Position numbers and translations under genes: made by a program. A DNA stretch of 47,800 nt from Gemmatimonadales bacterium. Its GTDB lineage: Bacteria; Gemmatimonadota; Gemmatimonadetes; Gemmatimonadales; GWC2-71-9. A model generated the notes under the pieces. It was not told the DNA's origin. It did no database searches and saw only the letters and a list, made by a program, of their open reading frames with translations. Below, piece by piece: positions 16,395 through 24,518 of this stretch. Location of the stretch: assembly GCA_044866195.1 (NCBI GenBank), contig JBIOTT010000232.1, forward strand, positions 1 through 47,800, in the 5' to 3' direction. Every line of letters starts with the position of its first letter. The stretch's first letter is position 1.

Positions 16395-16883
16395 TTAAAA
16401 CCGGGTCTGGAACACCCCCCAGTTCACGGGCTCGTTGTCGCGCACCGAGACCTCGAGGTAGCGCCTGCCACCCACGATCTCGATGTCGAGGGAGTTGAAC
16501 TGGTAGACCCCGTCGTGCCGAATCAGAGGTGTGTGGCTGTGAAGCACGCCGAACCTGTGGTCGGTGAAATCTTCTTCCGGAGGGACCGGCTCCGGGGCAT
16601 CGGTGCCCGGGACTCGTATCGTGAAGGACCACTTGTTCTTGGCGTACGGCTGCAGCCACAACACCCTGACGGTACTGCACCAGCCTTCAACTTGCAGCCC
16701 GCCGTCGGCCGGATAGTCGGGCCCACAGACGAACAGCGGCTCCACCTTGGGGTCGGAGACTGATGGCAGGCTCAAGGAGGCCGATCGCCTTGCCGGGGTG
16801 ACGTCTTGGGCGGCGGGTGAGGTCGCCGGTTCACTCCCGCAGGCGACGGTGGCGACGAGCCCGATGATCAGCATGGAACGCAT
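16395..16883 (-). CDS. Hypothetical lipoprotein
   Basis: 'MRSMLIIGLVATVAC' lipoprotein-type signal, beta-rich mature part, immediately 3' of tRNA-Ser(GCT). Confidence 0.6.
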   Translation of the reverse strand: MRSMLIIGLVATVACGSEPATSPAAQDVTPARRSASLSLPSVSDPKVEPLFVCGPDYPADGGLQVEGWCSTVRVLWLQPYAKNKWSFTIRVPGTDAPEPVPPEEDFTDHRFGVLHSHTPLIRHDGVYQFNSLDIEIVGGRRYLEVSVRDNEPVNWGVFQTRF

Positions 16884-16949
16884 ACGCGAACTCCAATGCG
16901 AGGGAGCGGCCACATTCTGTGCTTCGAGACTACCGGCGAGAACCTGCTA

Positions 16950-17040
16950 CGGAGTGGGAGGGATTCGAACCCTCGTTAGAGGTTTTCACCCCTAAAACGG
17001 TTTAGCAAACCGCCGCCTTCAGCCGCTCGGCCACCACTCC
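16950..17040 (-). tRNA. tRNA-Ser(GCT)
   Basis: Reverse complement GGAGTGGTGGCCGAGCGGCTGAAGGCGGCGGTTTGCTAAACCGT…long variable arm…GAGGGTTCGAATCCCTCCCACTCCG. Anticodon GCT, G discriminator, CCA not encoded. Confidence 0.97.
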
Positions 17041-17372
17041 AGACGTTTGGGCGAGCAAAACTTAACTGCCGATGCCGCGCCCTACCAGTCCCACGCCAGC
17101 GCTGCGAGTGGTGTCGCCTTCTCAGTCGGATCGAGCCGCGCGATGCTGCAACTAGCGCGATAGCACATCCGGGGCCAGGCTACACCAACGCAACGGCTGG
17201 CCCGCGAGCCTGCGTCGAGTGACGCAAGTGGGCCCTGCGCCCGCAGCAACCGCCAGGTTGCGCGAGACGCCACGTCGGGTTCGCTGGACTTGTTGCAGGG
17301 TTGCTCTGGAGTGCGTGTGGTACGAGCGCCACAGGAGGCGACCGCGACTTGCGGCCGCTCGGTTGCTGCCGC

Positions 17373-17840
17373 TCAGGTAACCAGCACCGCCTTCACCAAC
17401 GCGAGAAGGGCCTCGGGAGAAAACGGCTTGCTCAGGAAAGGCAGGTTGGGTCCCGGTGCTCCGCGATGAAACACGTCGTTGACCGGATAGGCCGACATGT
17501 AGGCAACCGGCAAACCGGGGTAGCGCTCGCTGATCAAGCGGCCCAAAGCGCGACCATCGGTTTCCGGCATTACCACATCGGTAATGACTAGATCGACCGG
17601 TGGGTCTCCCAGCTCGAGGATGCTGAGCGCTTGCCGGGCGCTGGGCGCCTCCAGCGCGTTGTAGCCGGCGCTCCGGAGCATGCGGGAGGTCAACGTGAGC
17701 ACGACATGCTCGTCGTCCACCACCAGGATGTGGCGTCCGGACCCGTCGGCCGAGCCGGACGAAGGGCCGTCCGCGTCGGTCCAGCGGTTCTCACCGGGCA
17801 ACGATGGCCGCCGCGATCGGGCAATCGGGTCTGAAGACAA
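17373..17840 (-). CDS. Stand-alone receiver-domain response regulator
   Basis: 'ILVVDDE', 'VDLVITDVVMP', 'YMSAY', 'FLSKPFS'. Start is uncertain (TTG). Confidence 0.88.
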   Translation of the reverse strand: MSSDPIARSRRPSLPGENRWTDADGPSSGSADGSGRHILVVDDEHVVLTLTSRMLRSAGYNALEAPSARQALSILELGDPPVDLVITDVVMPETDGRALGRLISERYPGLPVAYMSAYPVNDVFHRGAPGPNLPFLSKPFSPEALLALVKAVLVT

Positions 17841-17942
17841 TGAGTCTGCTTCCCTTCATCCGGGTGGATGTTCGAGGTACTCAAGATAACGATTGCCGCG
17901 GCCGGACACAGCCACCCGATCCTACGCCGCCCCGCAGCCGGC

Positions 17943-18299
17943 TTATGGCACTTCCTGCAAGGCGTCGGCCGGGGACGCCATCCGAGCCGGCGCCCGCCGG
18001 GGGTGGTCCGGGCCCCTGACCTGGGGGAGCCGTTCGATTTCGGCGATGGCCTGATCGATCAGATCCTGAAACTCGCTGGGAACCACGAGATACCGCTTAC
18101 GCAGCTCCACCAGGGCTTCGCGTGCCTCGCCCGGCGTCATGAGGTCCGGACAGCTTTTGAGGAGCCAGCCGAGGCTCCGGATATCGCGCCGGAACGCCTT
18201 GGCGACAGCGTTGTCGAACTCGTGACACAAGACGTCGAGTCGGGAGTGCCGCTCGATCCGTTGGAGGAGCCGGACCACAGGCTGAGGGTCGATGGTCAT
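17943..18299 (-). CDS. Small helical hypothetical protein
   Basis: 118 aa, ATG preceded by GAGGA, co-oriented with its neighbours. Confidence 0.55.
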   Translation of the reverse strand: MTIDPQPVVRLLQRIERHSRLDVLCHEFDNAVAKAFRRDIRSLGWLLKSCPDLMTPGEAREALVELRKRYLVVPSEFQDLIDQAIAEIERLPQVRGPDHPRRAPARMASPADALQEVP

Positions 18300-18437
18300 G
18301 GGCGCATCCTCAACTGGTCTTGGTTGTGAGGCCGGAGTGCCGCACTAGCTGCGCTCTTACATAGACACAACGCCCGGTGGGCGGCCAGTCGGGAAGGCGT
18401 TCCAGTGTGTCAGGGAATCCCCCGACACGTCGGGGCG

Positions 18438-19124
18438 TCACGCAGGGTCTTGCAGCCAGCCTCGCTCCATCGCCAACCGAACGATCGCCGCCCGGCTCTG
18501 GAGGCCCAGCTTTTCCATGGATCGGGCCCGATGGGTTTCGACCGTCTTGACCGTAATTCCCAGCTGGCCCGCGATCTCCTTGTTGCTGAAGCCCTGAGCA
18601 ATGAGCCGCAGGACTTCGGTCTCGCGCGGGCTGAGCTCGGGCGCGCCCTTCTTGCCCAATCTCGGGGCTGGGCGGGTCAGCAGGCTGTCGAGCCGGCTCG
18701 CTGCCTCGGGGTCGACGTAGAGGGCCCCGGCCCCGATCAGCCGGAGCGCGTGCAGGAGCTCATCGGCCATGGCTCGCTTGAACACGTAACCGGTGGCACC
18801 CGCCTCGATCATCCGCCGGATGTACGTCCGATCCTCGTGCATTGAAAGGGCGATGACCTTGGTCTCCGGCATGGCCTCCTTCAATTCGCGGGTCGCCTCG
18901 ATGCCGTTCAGGTGCGGCATCGACACGTCCATTATGACGACGTCGGGGCGGACCGTCTCGGCCAGCGGCCAAAGCTCTCGCCCGTCGGCCGCTTCGCCGA
19001 CCACCTCCATGTCTGCTTCCTGATTGATCAAAGCCTTGAGGCCCTCCCGCACGACCACGTGATCGTCTACCAGGAGGACCCGCAGCTTGGCCTCCGGCGG
19101 CGGGGGCGCACCGCGCTCAGGCAT
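18438..19124 (-). CDS. NarL/LuxR family response regulator
   Basis: 'RVLLVDDHVVVREG', 'DVVIMDVSMP', HTH 'LSPRETEVLRLIAQGFSNKEIA…TVETHRAR'. Overlaps the kinase stop by 8 bp. Confidence 0.93.
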   Translation of the reverse strand: MPERGAPPPPEAKLRVLLVDDHVVVREGLKALINQEADMEVVGEAADGRELWPLAETVRPDVVIMDVSMPHLNGIEATRELKEAMPETKVIALSMHEDRTYIRRMIEAGATGYVFKRAMADELLHALRLIGAGALYVDPEAASRLDSLLTRPAPRLGKKGAPELSPRETEVLRLIAQGFSNKEIAGQLGITVKTVETHRARSMEKLGLQSRAAIVRLAMERGWLQDPA

Positions 19125-22100
19125 CCGCGCCAACCCTGGGAATGGGGATTCGGACGAAGACCGTGGTTCCTCCGCCTGCGGGTCGCGATTCGATCGTCAC
19201 CCTACCATCCAGCAACGCGGCGCGCTCCCTGATCCCCAGCATGCCCAGGTGCTCGCCTGGTCCTTCACGGACCGTTTCGACGTCGAACCCGTCCCCGTCA
19301 TCCTCGACGATGAGCTGGAGTGCGTCATCGCGGCGCTCGAGGATCAGGCTCACCCGCTTCGCGTGGGCGTGCTTCGCGATGTTGGTGAGCGCCTCCAGCC
19401 CGATCCGGTAGGCAGCCTCCTCGATCGCGGCGGGTAGCCGCGTATCGGCGAGCCCCCGGTCGTGGAAGTCCAGCTTGACCTGGTGTCGTCTGGCCCACTC
19501 TTCGGCGTAGTTCGTCAGCGCCGGGGCCAGGCCAAACTCGTCGAGGGCGGTCGGCCGGACCGCGAGCGCGAGATCGCGCAGGTCGCGGCCCAACTGGTCG
19601 AGCATGTCCTGGCAGGTCTTCAAGCTCTGGCGATCGGTCACCGCCGGCTCCAGGGCCTTGAGCCGCAGGCCCAGTACGGCAACATGTTGCCCGATCTGAT
19701 CGTGAAGCTCGCGGGAGATCCGGCGCCGCTCCTCACCTTGAATGGTGACCATGCGCTGGAGCAGGCTCTGGCGGGCCTGCTCCACTTGGCGACGCTCGCT
19801 GATCTCCTGCTGGAGCTTTTGATTGGCCGCAGTCAGCTGCTTGGTCCGATCGGCTACCTCGGACTCCAGGGCGTCCTTGGCCCGGCGGATCTGCTCTTCG
19901 GCCCGCTTGCGCGCGGAAATGTCGCGTCCGATCGCGGACGCTCCGACCAGCTCCCCGCTATCGGAGCGGTAAACCGGGGACACCGTCAGCAAGACGTCCA
20001 GCCGTCGCCCATCCTGGTGGAGCCACACGGTCTCGGCCTGCTCGACGATCTCTCCCGCAGCAACGCGGCGCAGAATGCTCTCGAGCTCCGGCTTGCGCTC
20101 GCGGGGAACCAGCATCTCGATCGGCCGGCCGATCGCCTCTTTGGCGGTGTAGCCGCACAAGTCCTGCGCCCCGTGGTTCCACGCCGTAATCGTGCCATCG
20201 AGGGCCTTGCCGATGATCGCCACCCCTGAGGACTCCACGATCGCCGCCAGCCGAGCCTGATCCTCTTCGCCCTTGCGGCGCTCGGTGAAGTCGATAAACG
20301 TGACCACCACGCCCTCGATCCGATCGTCTTCGGTTCGATACGGGAGGATGCGCCGGAGATACCAGCGTCCTGTCTCGGTCCGCACCTCGGTTTCGATCGG
20401 GGTGAGCGTGGCGAGGACCTGCGCGGCATCGGCAATCAGCCGGCTGTCGGTGAATTTCTGCGCGAAATCGCTGATGGGTCGCTTGAGGTCCGTGGGGAGC
20501 AGGCTCAACAGCTGGGTCATCGGGGGCGTGAACCGCTTGATGCGAAACTCCCGGTCCAGGAAAAGGGTGGCGATGTTGGTGCTGCTGAGGAGGTTCTTAA
20601 GATCGTCGTTGGTGGTTTCCAGCTCCTGAATCTTGCTTTCCAGCTGACTGTTGACCGTGCTCAGCTCCTCGTTCAACGATTGCAGCTCCTCCTTCGAGGT
20701 CTCCAGCTCCTCGTTGGTGGACTGGAGCTCCTCGTTCATCGACAGCATCTCTTCGTTGGCCGACTGGAGCTCCGCGGTCGAAGATTCGGACTGTGCAGCG
20801 GTCGTCCGGAGCTGGTCCCTCAGGAGATTGAGCTCGTACTCCGTCTGGTGCACCGCCGTGTCGGCGCCGGACTCAGCCGAGCCCGGTTCGCCAGGGTTCC
20901 TCGGGTAGTCCTCGAACACGACGAGGAAAAGGCCCTCGGCCTCTTTCGGAGCAGTCAGCGGCTCCAGGGTGATCCGCACTGCCCGGCTCTCGCCGCCCCG
21001 GTCCACGACACCGCCCGTGGTCGTGACCTGCCTGCTCTGTTGTATGCCCTCCCGGAGGAGCGCGCTGAGCTTCGAACCAATGCCCTGGCGAGCCCACCGG
21101 CGGAGGTCCGGCGTGAGTACGCCGGTGGGCTGGGTCAGATACCGGTCGGTCGGCCCGAACAGGTAGAGGATCTCCTGGTTGGCATTGATCAGGACCGATG
21201 CGGGAACGTAGCGCTCCAGCACGACCGCCTGAGCGACGCCGAGCAGCTCGTCCTTTGTCGGCGATGCCGTGGGCGGCGCAGCCGCGAGCCGGGACAGACG
21301 GCCGATCTCCGGGTCTATCGGCAGTTGTACCCGATCGGGATGGGTTGGGCCGATGCGCTGGTAGATTCGCCACCGCTTCGAGACCGGTTCGAAGAGGTCG
21401 CTTTGCGGGCCCACCGACTCGGCATTGCCGAGAAAGAGACAGCCGCCCTCGCGGAGCGCGAAATGGAACAGCGAGAGCACCTTCTGCTGGATCTCGGGCG
21501 CCAGGTAGATGAGGAGATTGCGGCAGGTGATCAGGTCGATTCTGCTGAACGGCGGATCGCCGATCAGGTTCTGCAGCGCGAACACGACCGTCTCGCGCAG
21601 CTGCTTGTTGACCTGATAGCTGCCGTCTCCCTTGACGAAGAAGCGGCTCAGACGCTTCGGCTGGACATCGGCCGCGATGCTCTCCGGATAGACGCCCCCG
21701 CGGGCGAAATCCAGCGCGGTCTGGTCCAGGTCTGACGCGAACACCTGGACGGTGAGGTGGGTGTCAGAGTCGTGGACCTGCTCCAGCAGGAGCATGGCAA
21801 GGGAGTAGGCCTCCTCGCCGGTGGCGCAACCCGGCACCCACGCCCGCACCGCGCCTTCGTCCTTGCGCGCCTGGACCAGGCGGGGAACCACGTGGGTCGC
21901 GAGATGGTCCCAGGCCTGTGGCTCGCGGAAGAAGCTGGTCACGTTGATCAGCAGATCGTTAAACAGCTCCTTCACCTCTGCCGGATGACTCTGAAGAAAC
22001 CGGAGGTATTGCTCGGCGTCGTCCAGATGGTGCAGGCTCATCCGGCGCTCGATCCGGCGCGTGATGGTGCCCGACTTGTAGCAACTGAAGTCGTGTCTGG

Positions 22101-22830
22101 TGCGGGCCCGAACCAGGCCGAGAATGGATTGCACATGACCGGCGGTCTCGTCCACCGATGGTCGAGCACCCGCGCCCCGCCGCACATATGGATGCCGGGC
22201 ATACCGAAGCAGCACTGCCGGGAGCTGCTCTACCGGCAGCACACAATCGACGATCCCGGTCGCGACCGCACTGCGGGGCATGCCGTCGTGCTCGGCGGTG
22301 TCGGGCGCCTGGGCCATGGTCAAGCCACCCGCGGCCTTGACCGCCCTGAGGCCTTGGGTCCCGTCGCTTCCGGTGCCTGACAGGATGATGCCGATGGCCC
22401 CTTCCTGCTGATCGTCGGCCAAGCTGCGCAGCAGCACATCGATCGGCATGCGCATGCCCCGCCGCGCAGCCGGCTTGCTCAAATGGAGCTTTCCCCCCTG
22501 GATCGTGAGGTCCCGGTCGGGCGGAATCACATAGATCCGATCGACCTCCACCATCTGGTTATCGCTGATCTCCGCCACCGGCATCTGGCTGTACTTCTCG
22601 AGCAGCTGGGCGGTCTCGCTCTTGTGGGTCGGATCGAGGTGCTGCACGACGACAAACGCGATCCCGGGGTGCTCCGGAATCACGCTGAAGAACCGCTGCA
22701 AGGCGTGCAGCCCACCGGCGGAGGCGCCCAGGCCCGCGATCGGGAACCGTGCGCCCTCGGAGCGGGATGGCCCGTCCACAGACGCCGGGGATGTTTGCGG
22801 GCTTTTCGCTGGGCTACGGTTCCGGGCCAT
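19117..22830 (-). CDS. CheB-CheR-PAS-HisKA_3 histidine kinase fusion
   Basis: CheB 'GASAGG', 'VQHLDP', 'LSGTGSDG'. CheR 'AWVPGCATGEEAYS', 'CRNLLIY'. 'NEELQSTNEELETSKEELQS' coil, PAS domains, 'ERRRISRELHDQIGQ', 'EALTNIAKHA', 'DDGDGF'. ATG at 22830 with GGAG RBS. Confidence 0.93.
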   Translation of the reverse strand: MARNRSPAKSPQTSPASVDGPSRSEGARFPIAGLGASAGGLHALQRFFSVIPEHPGIAFVVVQHLDPTHKSETAQLLEKYSQMPVAEISDNQMVEVDRIYVIPPDRDLTIQGGKLHLSKPAARRGMRMPIDVLLRSLADDQQEGAIGIILSGTGSDGTQGLRAVKAAGGLTMAQAPDTAEHDGMPRSAVATGIVDCVLPVEQLPAVLLRYARHPYVRRGAGARPSVDETAGHVQSILGLVRARTRHDFSCYKSGTITRRIERRMSLHHLDDAEQYLRFLQSHPAEVKELFNDLLINVTSFFREPQAWDHLATHVVPRLVQARKDEGAVRAWVPGCATGEEAYSLAMLLLEQVHDSDTHLTVQVFASDLDQTALDFARGGVYPESIAADVQPKRLSRFFVKGDGSYQVNKQLRETVVFALQNLIGDPPFSRIDLITCRNLLIYLAPEIQQKVLSLFHFALREGGCLFLGNAESVGPQSDLFEPVSKRWRIYQRIGPTHPDRVQLPIDPEIGRLSRLAAAPPTASPTKDELLGVAQAVVLERYVPASVLINANQEILYLFGPTDRYLTQPTGVLTPDLRRWARQGIGSKLSALLREGIQQSRQVTTTGGVVDRGGESRAVRITLEPLTAPKEAEGLFLVVFEDYPRNPGEPGSAESGADTAVHQTEYELNLLRDQLRTTAAQSESSTAELQSANEEMLSMNEELQSTNEELETSKEELQSLNEELSTVNSQLESKIQELETTNDDLKNLLSSTNIATLFLDREFRIKRFTPPMTQLLSLLPTDLKRPISDFAQKFTDSRLIADAAQVLATLTPIETEVRTETGRWYLRRILPYRTEDDRIEGVVVTFIDFTERRKGEEDQARLAAIVESSGVAIIGKALDGTITAWNHGAQDLCGYTAKEAIGRPIEMLVPRERKPELESILRRVAAGEIVEQAETVWLHQDGRRLDVLLTVSPVYRSDSGELVGASAIGRDISARKRAEEQIRRAKDALESEVADRTKQLTAANQKLQQEISERRQVEQARQSLLQRMVTIQGEERRRISRELHDQIGQHVAVLGLRLKALEPAVTDRQSLKTCQDMLDQLGRDLRDLALAVRPTALDEFGLAPALTNYAEEWARRHQVKLDFHDRGLADTRLPAAIEEAAYRIGLEALTNIAKHAHAKRVSLILERRDDALQLIVEDDGDGFDVETVREGPGEHLGMLGIRERAALLDGRVTIESRPAGGGTTVFVRIPIPRVGADA

Positions 22831-23020
22831 GGGTGGCTCCGATCCACTCAGTTCCTGACGCGGACTTTGCCAGGCGTTGGCACTCACCGGTCGCGAGGTG
22901 TCGGGTGGGGCGGGGAAGGAGGGTCGGTCCAGCCATCGAGTCCCAGGCGGCACTGAGGCCAGTCGGACCGCTAACATGGGTGTGGCCCCCTGAAAGAGCA
23001 AGCCGGAAAGGCAGGCGGAC

Positions 23021-23306
23021 TCAAGCGCTCGGCGCCGACAGCCAAGACTCGCTCAGGTTGCCCGCGATCATGTTGGGCAGCTCGCCCCAGGCATCGCCGA
23101 AGTCCCGCGACGACAGCGCGTGCGGGTCGGCATCCAGCATGTGGCCGGCACACTCAGCGATCCTCCGGCGCGCGGAGCAGGATGGGCAGGCCCAGCACAG
23201 ACTCCCAGACGGTCTCGACGATACCGCTGAGCAACCGCTCCCGGTCGGCAAGCCGGGTGCGCGCGGTGAACGGGAACTCGAGGTTGAAGGGATTGGCGCA
23301 ACTCAT
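23021..23306 (-). pseudogene. cheX: Decayed cheX-like chemotaxis phosphatase
   Basis: N-terminal part 'IVETVWESVLGL' ends at TGA 23154-23156. A different frame carries 'AECAGHML…FGDAWGELPNMIAGNL' (CheX E-x-x-N motif). Central beta strands are missing. Confidence 0.65.
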
Positions 23307-23377
23307 CGGTGGCCTGGCCGGAGGGGTCAGATCCAGTATCGGCCGCCGGCGCTGGGACTTGATGGTTGCCTTTCGTA

Positions 23378-23464
23378 CGGGGCGGGTGGGATTCGAACCC
23401 ACGGAGCCCCGGAGGGCTCGCCACGTTTCAAGCGTGGTGCGTTCAACCGCTCTGCCACCGCCCC
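23378..23464 (-). tRNA. tRNA-Ser(TGA)
   Basis: Reverse complement GGGGCGGTGGCAGAGCGGTTGAACGCACCACGCTTGAAACGTGGCGAGCCCTCCGGGGCTCCGTGGGTTCGAATCCCACCCGCCCCG. Anticodon TGA, long variable arm. Confidence 0.96.
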
Positions 23465-23723
23465 ATTTGGCGGCGTAGTCTAGTGGCCCGGAAGCTGCCG
23501 CGCTACGCGCCCCTATAACCTAAGGCCAACGCCACATTCCGCCTCCGGGTTTCTTGCGGCGAGTGCCGGGGCGCACTAACGTGACCTGCGTTGGGACACA
23601 GGTCCATCGGTCGACGATGGACTCACCTTGTCGGACGGGGCACGAGGCTCCGCCAGGCGAAGGCGCGACGGAGCTCGAAGGCTCGAGCACTTTCGCGCCT
23701 CGCTGCGTTCCATGGGAGGACAC

Positions 23724-23900
23724 ATGCTTCAGTGGGCCCTCGCCTTTCTGATCCTTGCGCTGATAGCAGCGTTCTTCGGATTCGGAGGCATCGCGGCGGC
23801 ATCCGCCGGCATCGCCAAGATCCTGTTCTACATCTTCGTCATCGTGTTCGCAGTCACCGCCGTAGCCGGGCTCCTGGCCGGCCGTCGCACGGTGCGCTGA
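23724..23900 (+). CDS. DUF1328/UPF0391 small membrane protein (YtjA-like)
   Basis: '[38 protein letters not shown]', GGAGGA RBS before ATG 23724. Confidence 0.92.
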   Translation: MLQWALAFLILALIAAFFGFGGIAAASAGIAKILFYIFVIVFAVTAVAGLLAGRRTVR

Positions 23901-23927
23901 ATCGACATCAAGCCTGGGAGAGCTGCC

Positions 23928-24452
23928 ATGTCGCGCGACAACCTGAAAGGCCTCATGATCGAGAGGCTCCGCGACCTGTACCACGCGGAACATCTGCTGG
24001 TCAAAGCGCTACCCCCGATGGCGATAGCAGCGTCGGCCCCGGCCCTCAAGGACCTCCTCGAGCGCCACGTGGTGCAGACGGTAAACCAGTCCCAGCGGCT
24101 CGACAAAATCTTCAAGCGGCTGGGCGCGGATCCCCGGGGCCGGCGGTGCCGCGGCATGGAGGGGATTCTGGCCGAGGCCTACGACGTCCTGGAGCCCTAC
24201 AGCCCCGGCAGCGTGACCGACGCCGCGCTCATCGCGGCTGGGCAACGGATCGAGCACTACGAGATCGCGGCTTACGAGTGCGTCCGCCGCTACGCCCTGC
24301 TCCTGGGCCGCCCCGATATCGCGGACTTCGTGCAGCAGTCGCTGGAGGAGGAAGACGCCGCCAACGAGCACCTTGCCGCCCTGGCGGAGCACGAAGTCGA
24401 CTTTCACGCTCTGGCCGACGCGAGCGCCGAGCCGGTGGAACGGGCCGGCTAG
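23928..24452 (+). CDS. YciE/YciF (DUF892) ferritin-like stress protein
   Basis: 'LRDLYHAE…KALP', 'CRGMEGILAE', 'DAALIAAGQRIEHYEIAAY', 'SLEEE'. Confidence 0.9.
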   Translation: MSRDNLKGLMIERLRDLYHAEHLLVKALPPMAIAASAPALKDLLERHVVQTVNQSQRLDKIFKRLGADPRGRRCRGMEGILAEAYDVLEPYSPGSVTDAALIAAGQRIEHYEIAAYECVRRYALLLGRPDIADFVQQSLEEEDAANEHLAALAEHEVDFHALADASAEPVERAG

Positions 24453-24518
24453 CCCAGCTTCGCTTCTTCACAGCCGCTCCGCCCATTATTGTCCCACGAG
24501 CGTGGTGAGGAGCGGTTC

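Noticed and set aside
22831-23001. N-terminal 57-aa extension of the CheBR kinase
   Set aside because: Low-complexity and without an RBS. ATG 22830 has a GGAG RBS and directly precedes the CheB domain.
23154-23156. Selenocysteine TGA in the cheX-like ORF
   Set aside because: The homologous sequence continues in a different frame, so readthrough would not restore the protein.
17041-23377. Active integrative element or prophage at tRNA-Ser
   Set aside because: No integrase, transposase or phage genes and no clear att duplication. At most an old islet.
23378-23464. Possible tRNA-Sec, given selA and TTCAA on the plus strand
   Set aside because: The gene is on the minus strand with anticodon TGA (reads UCA) and a normal 7-bp acceptor stem, so it is tRNA-Ser.
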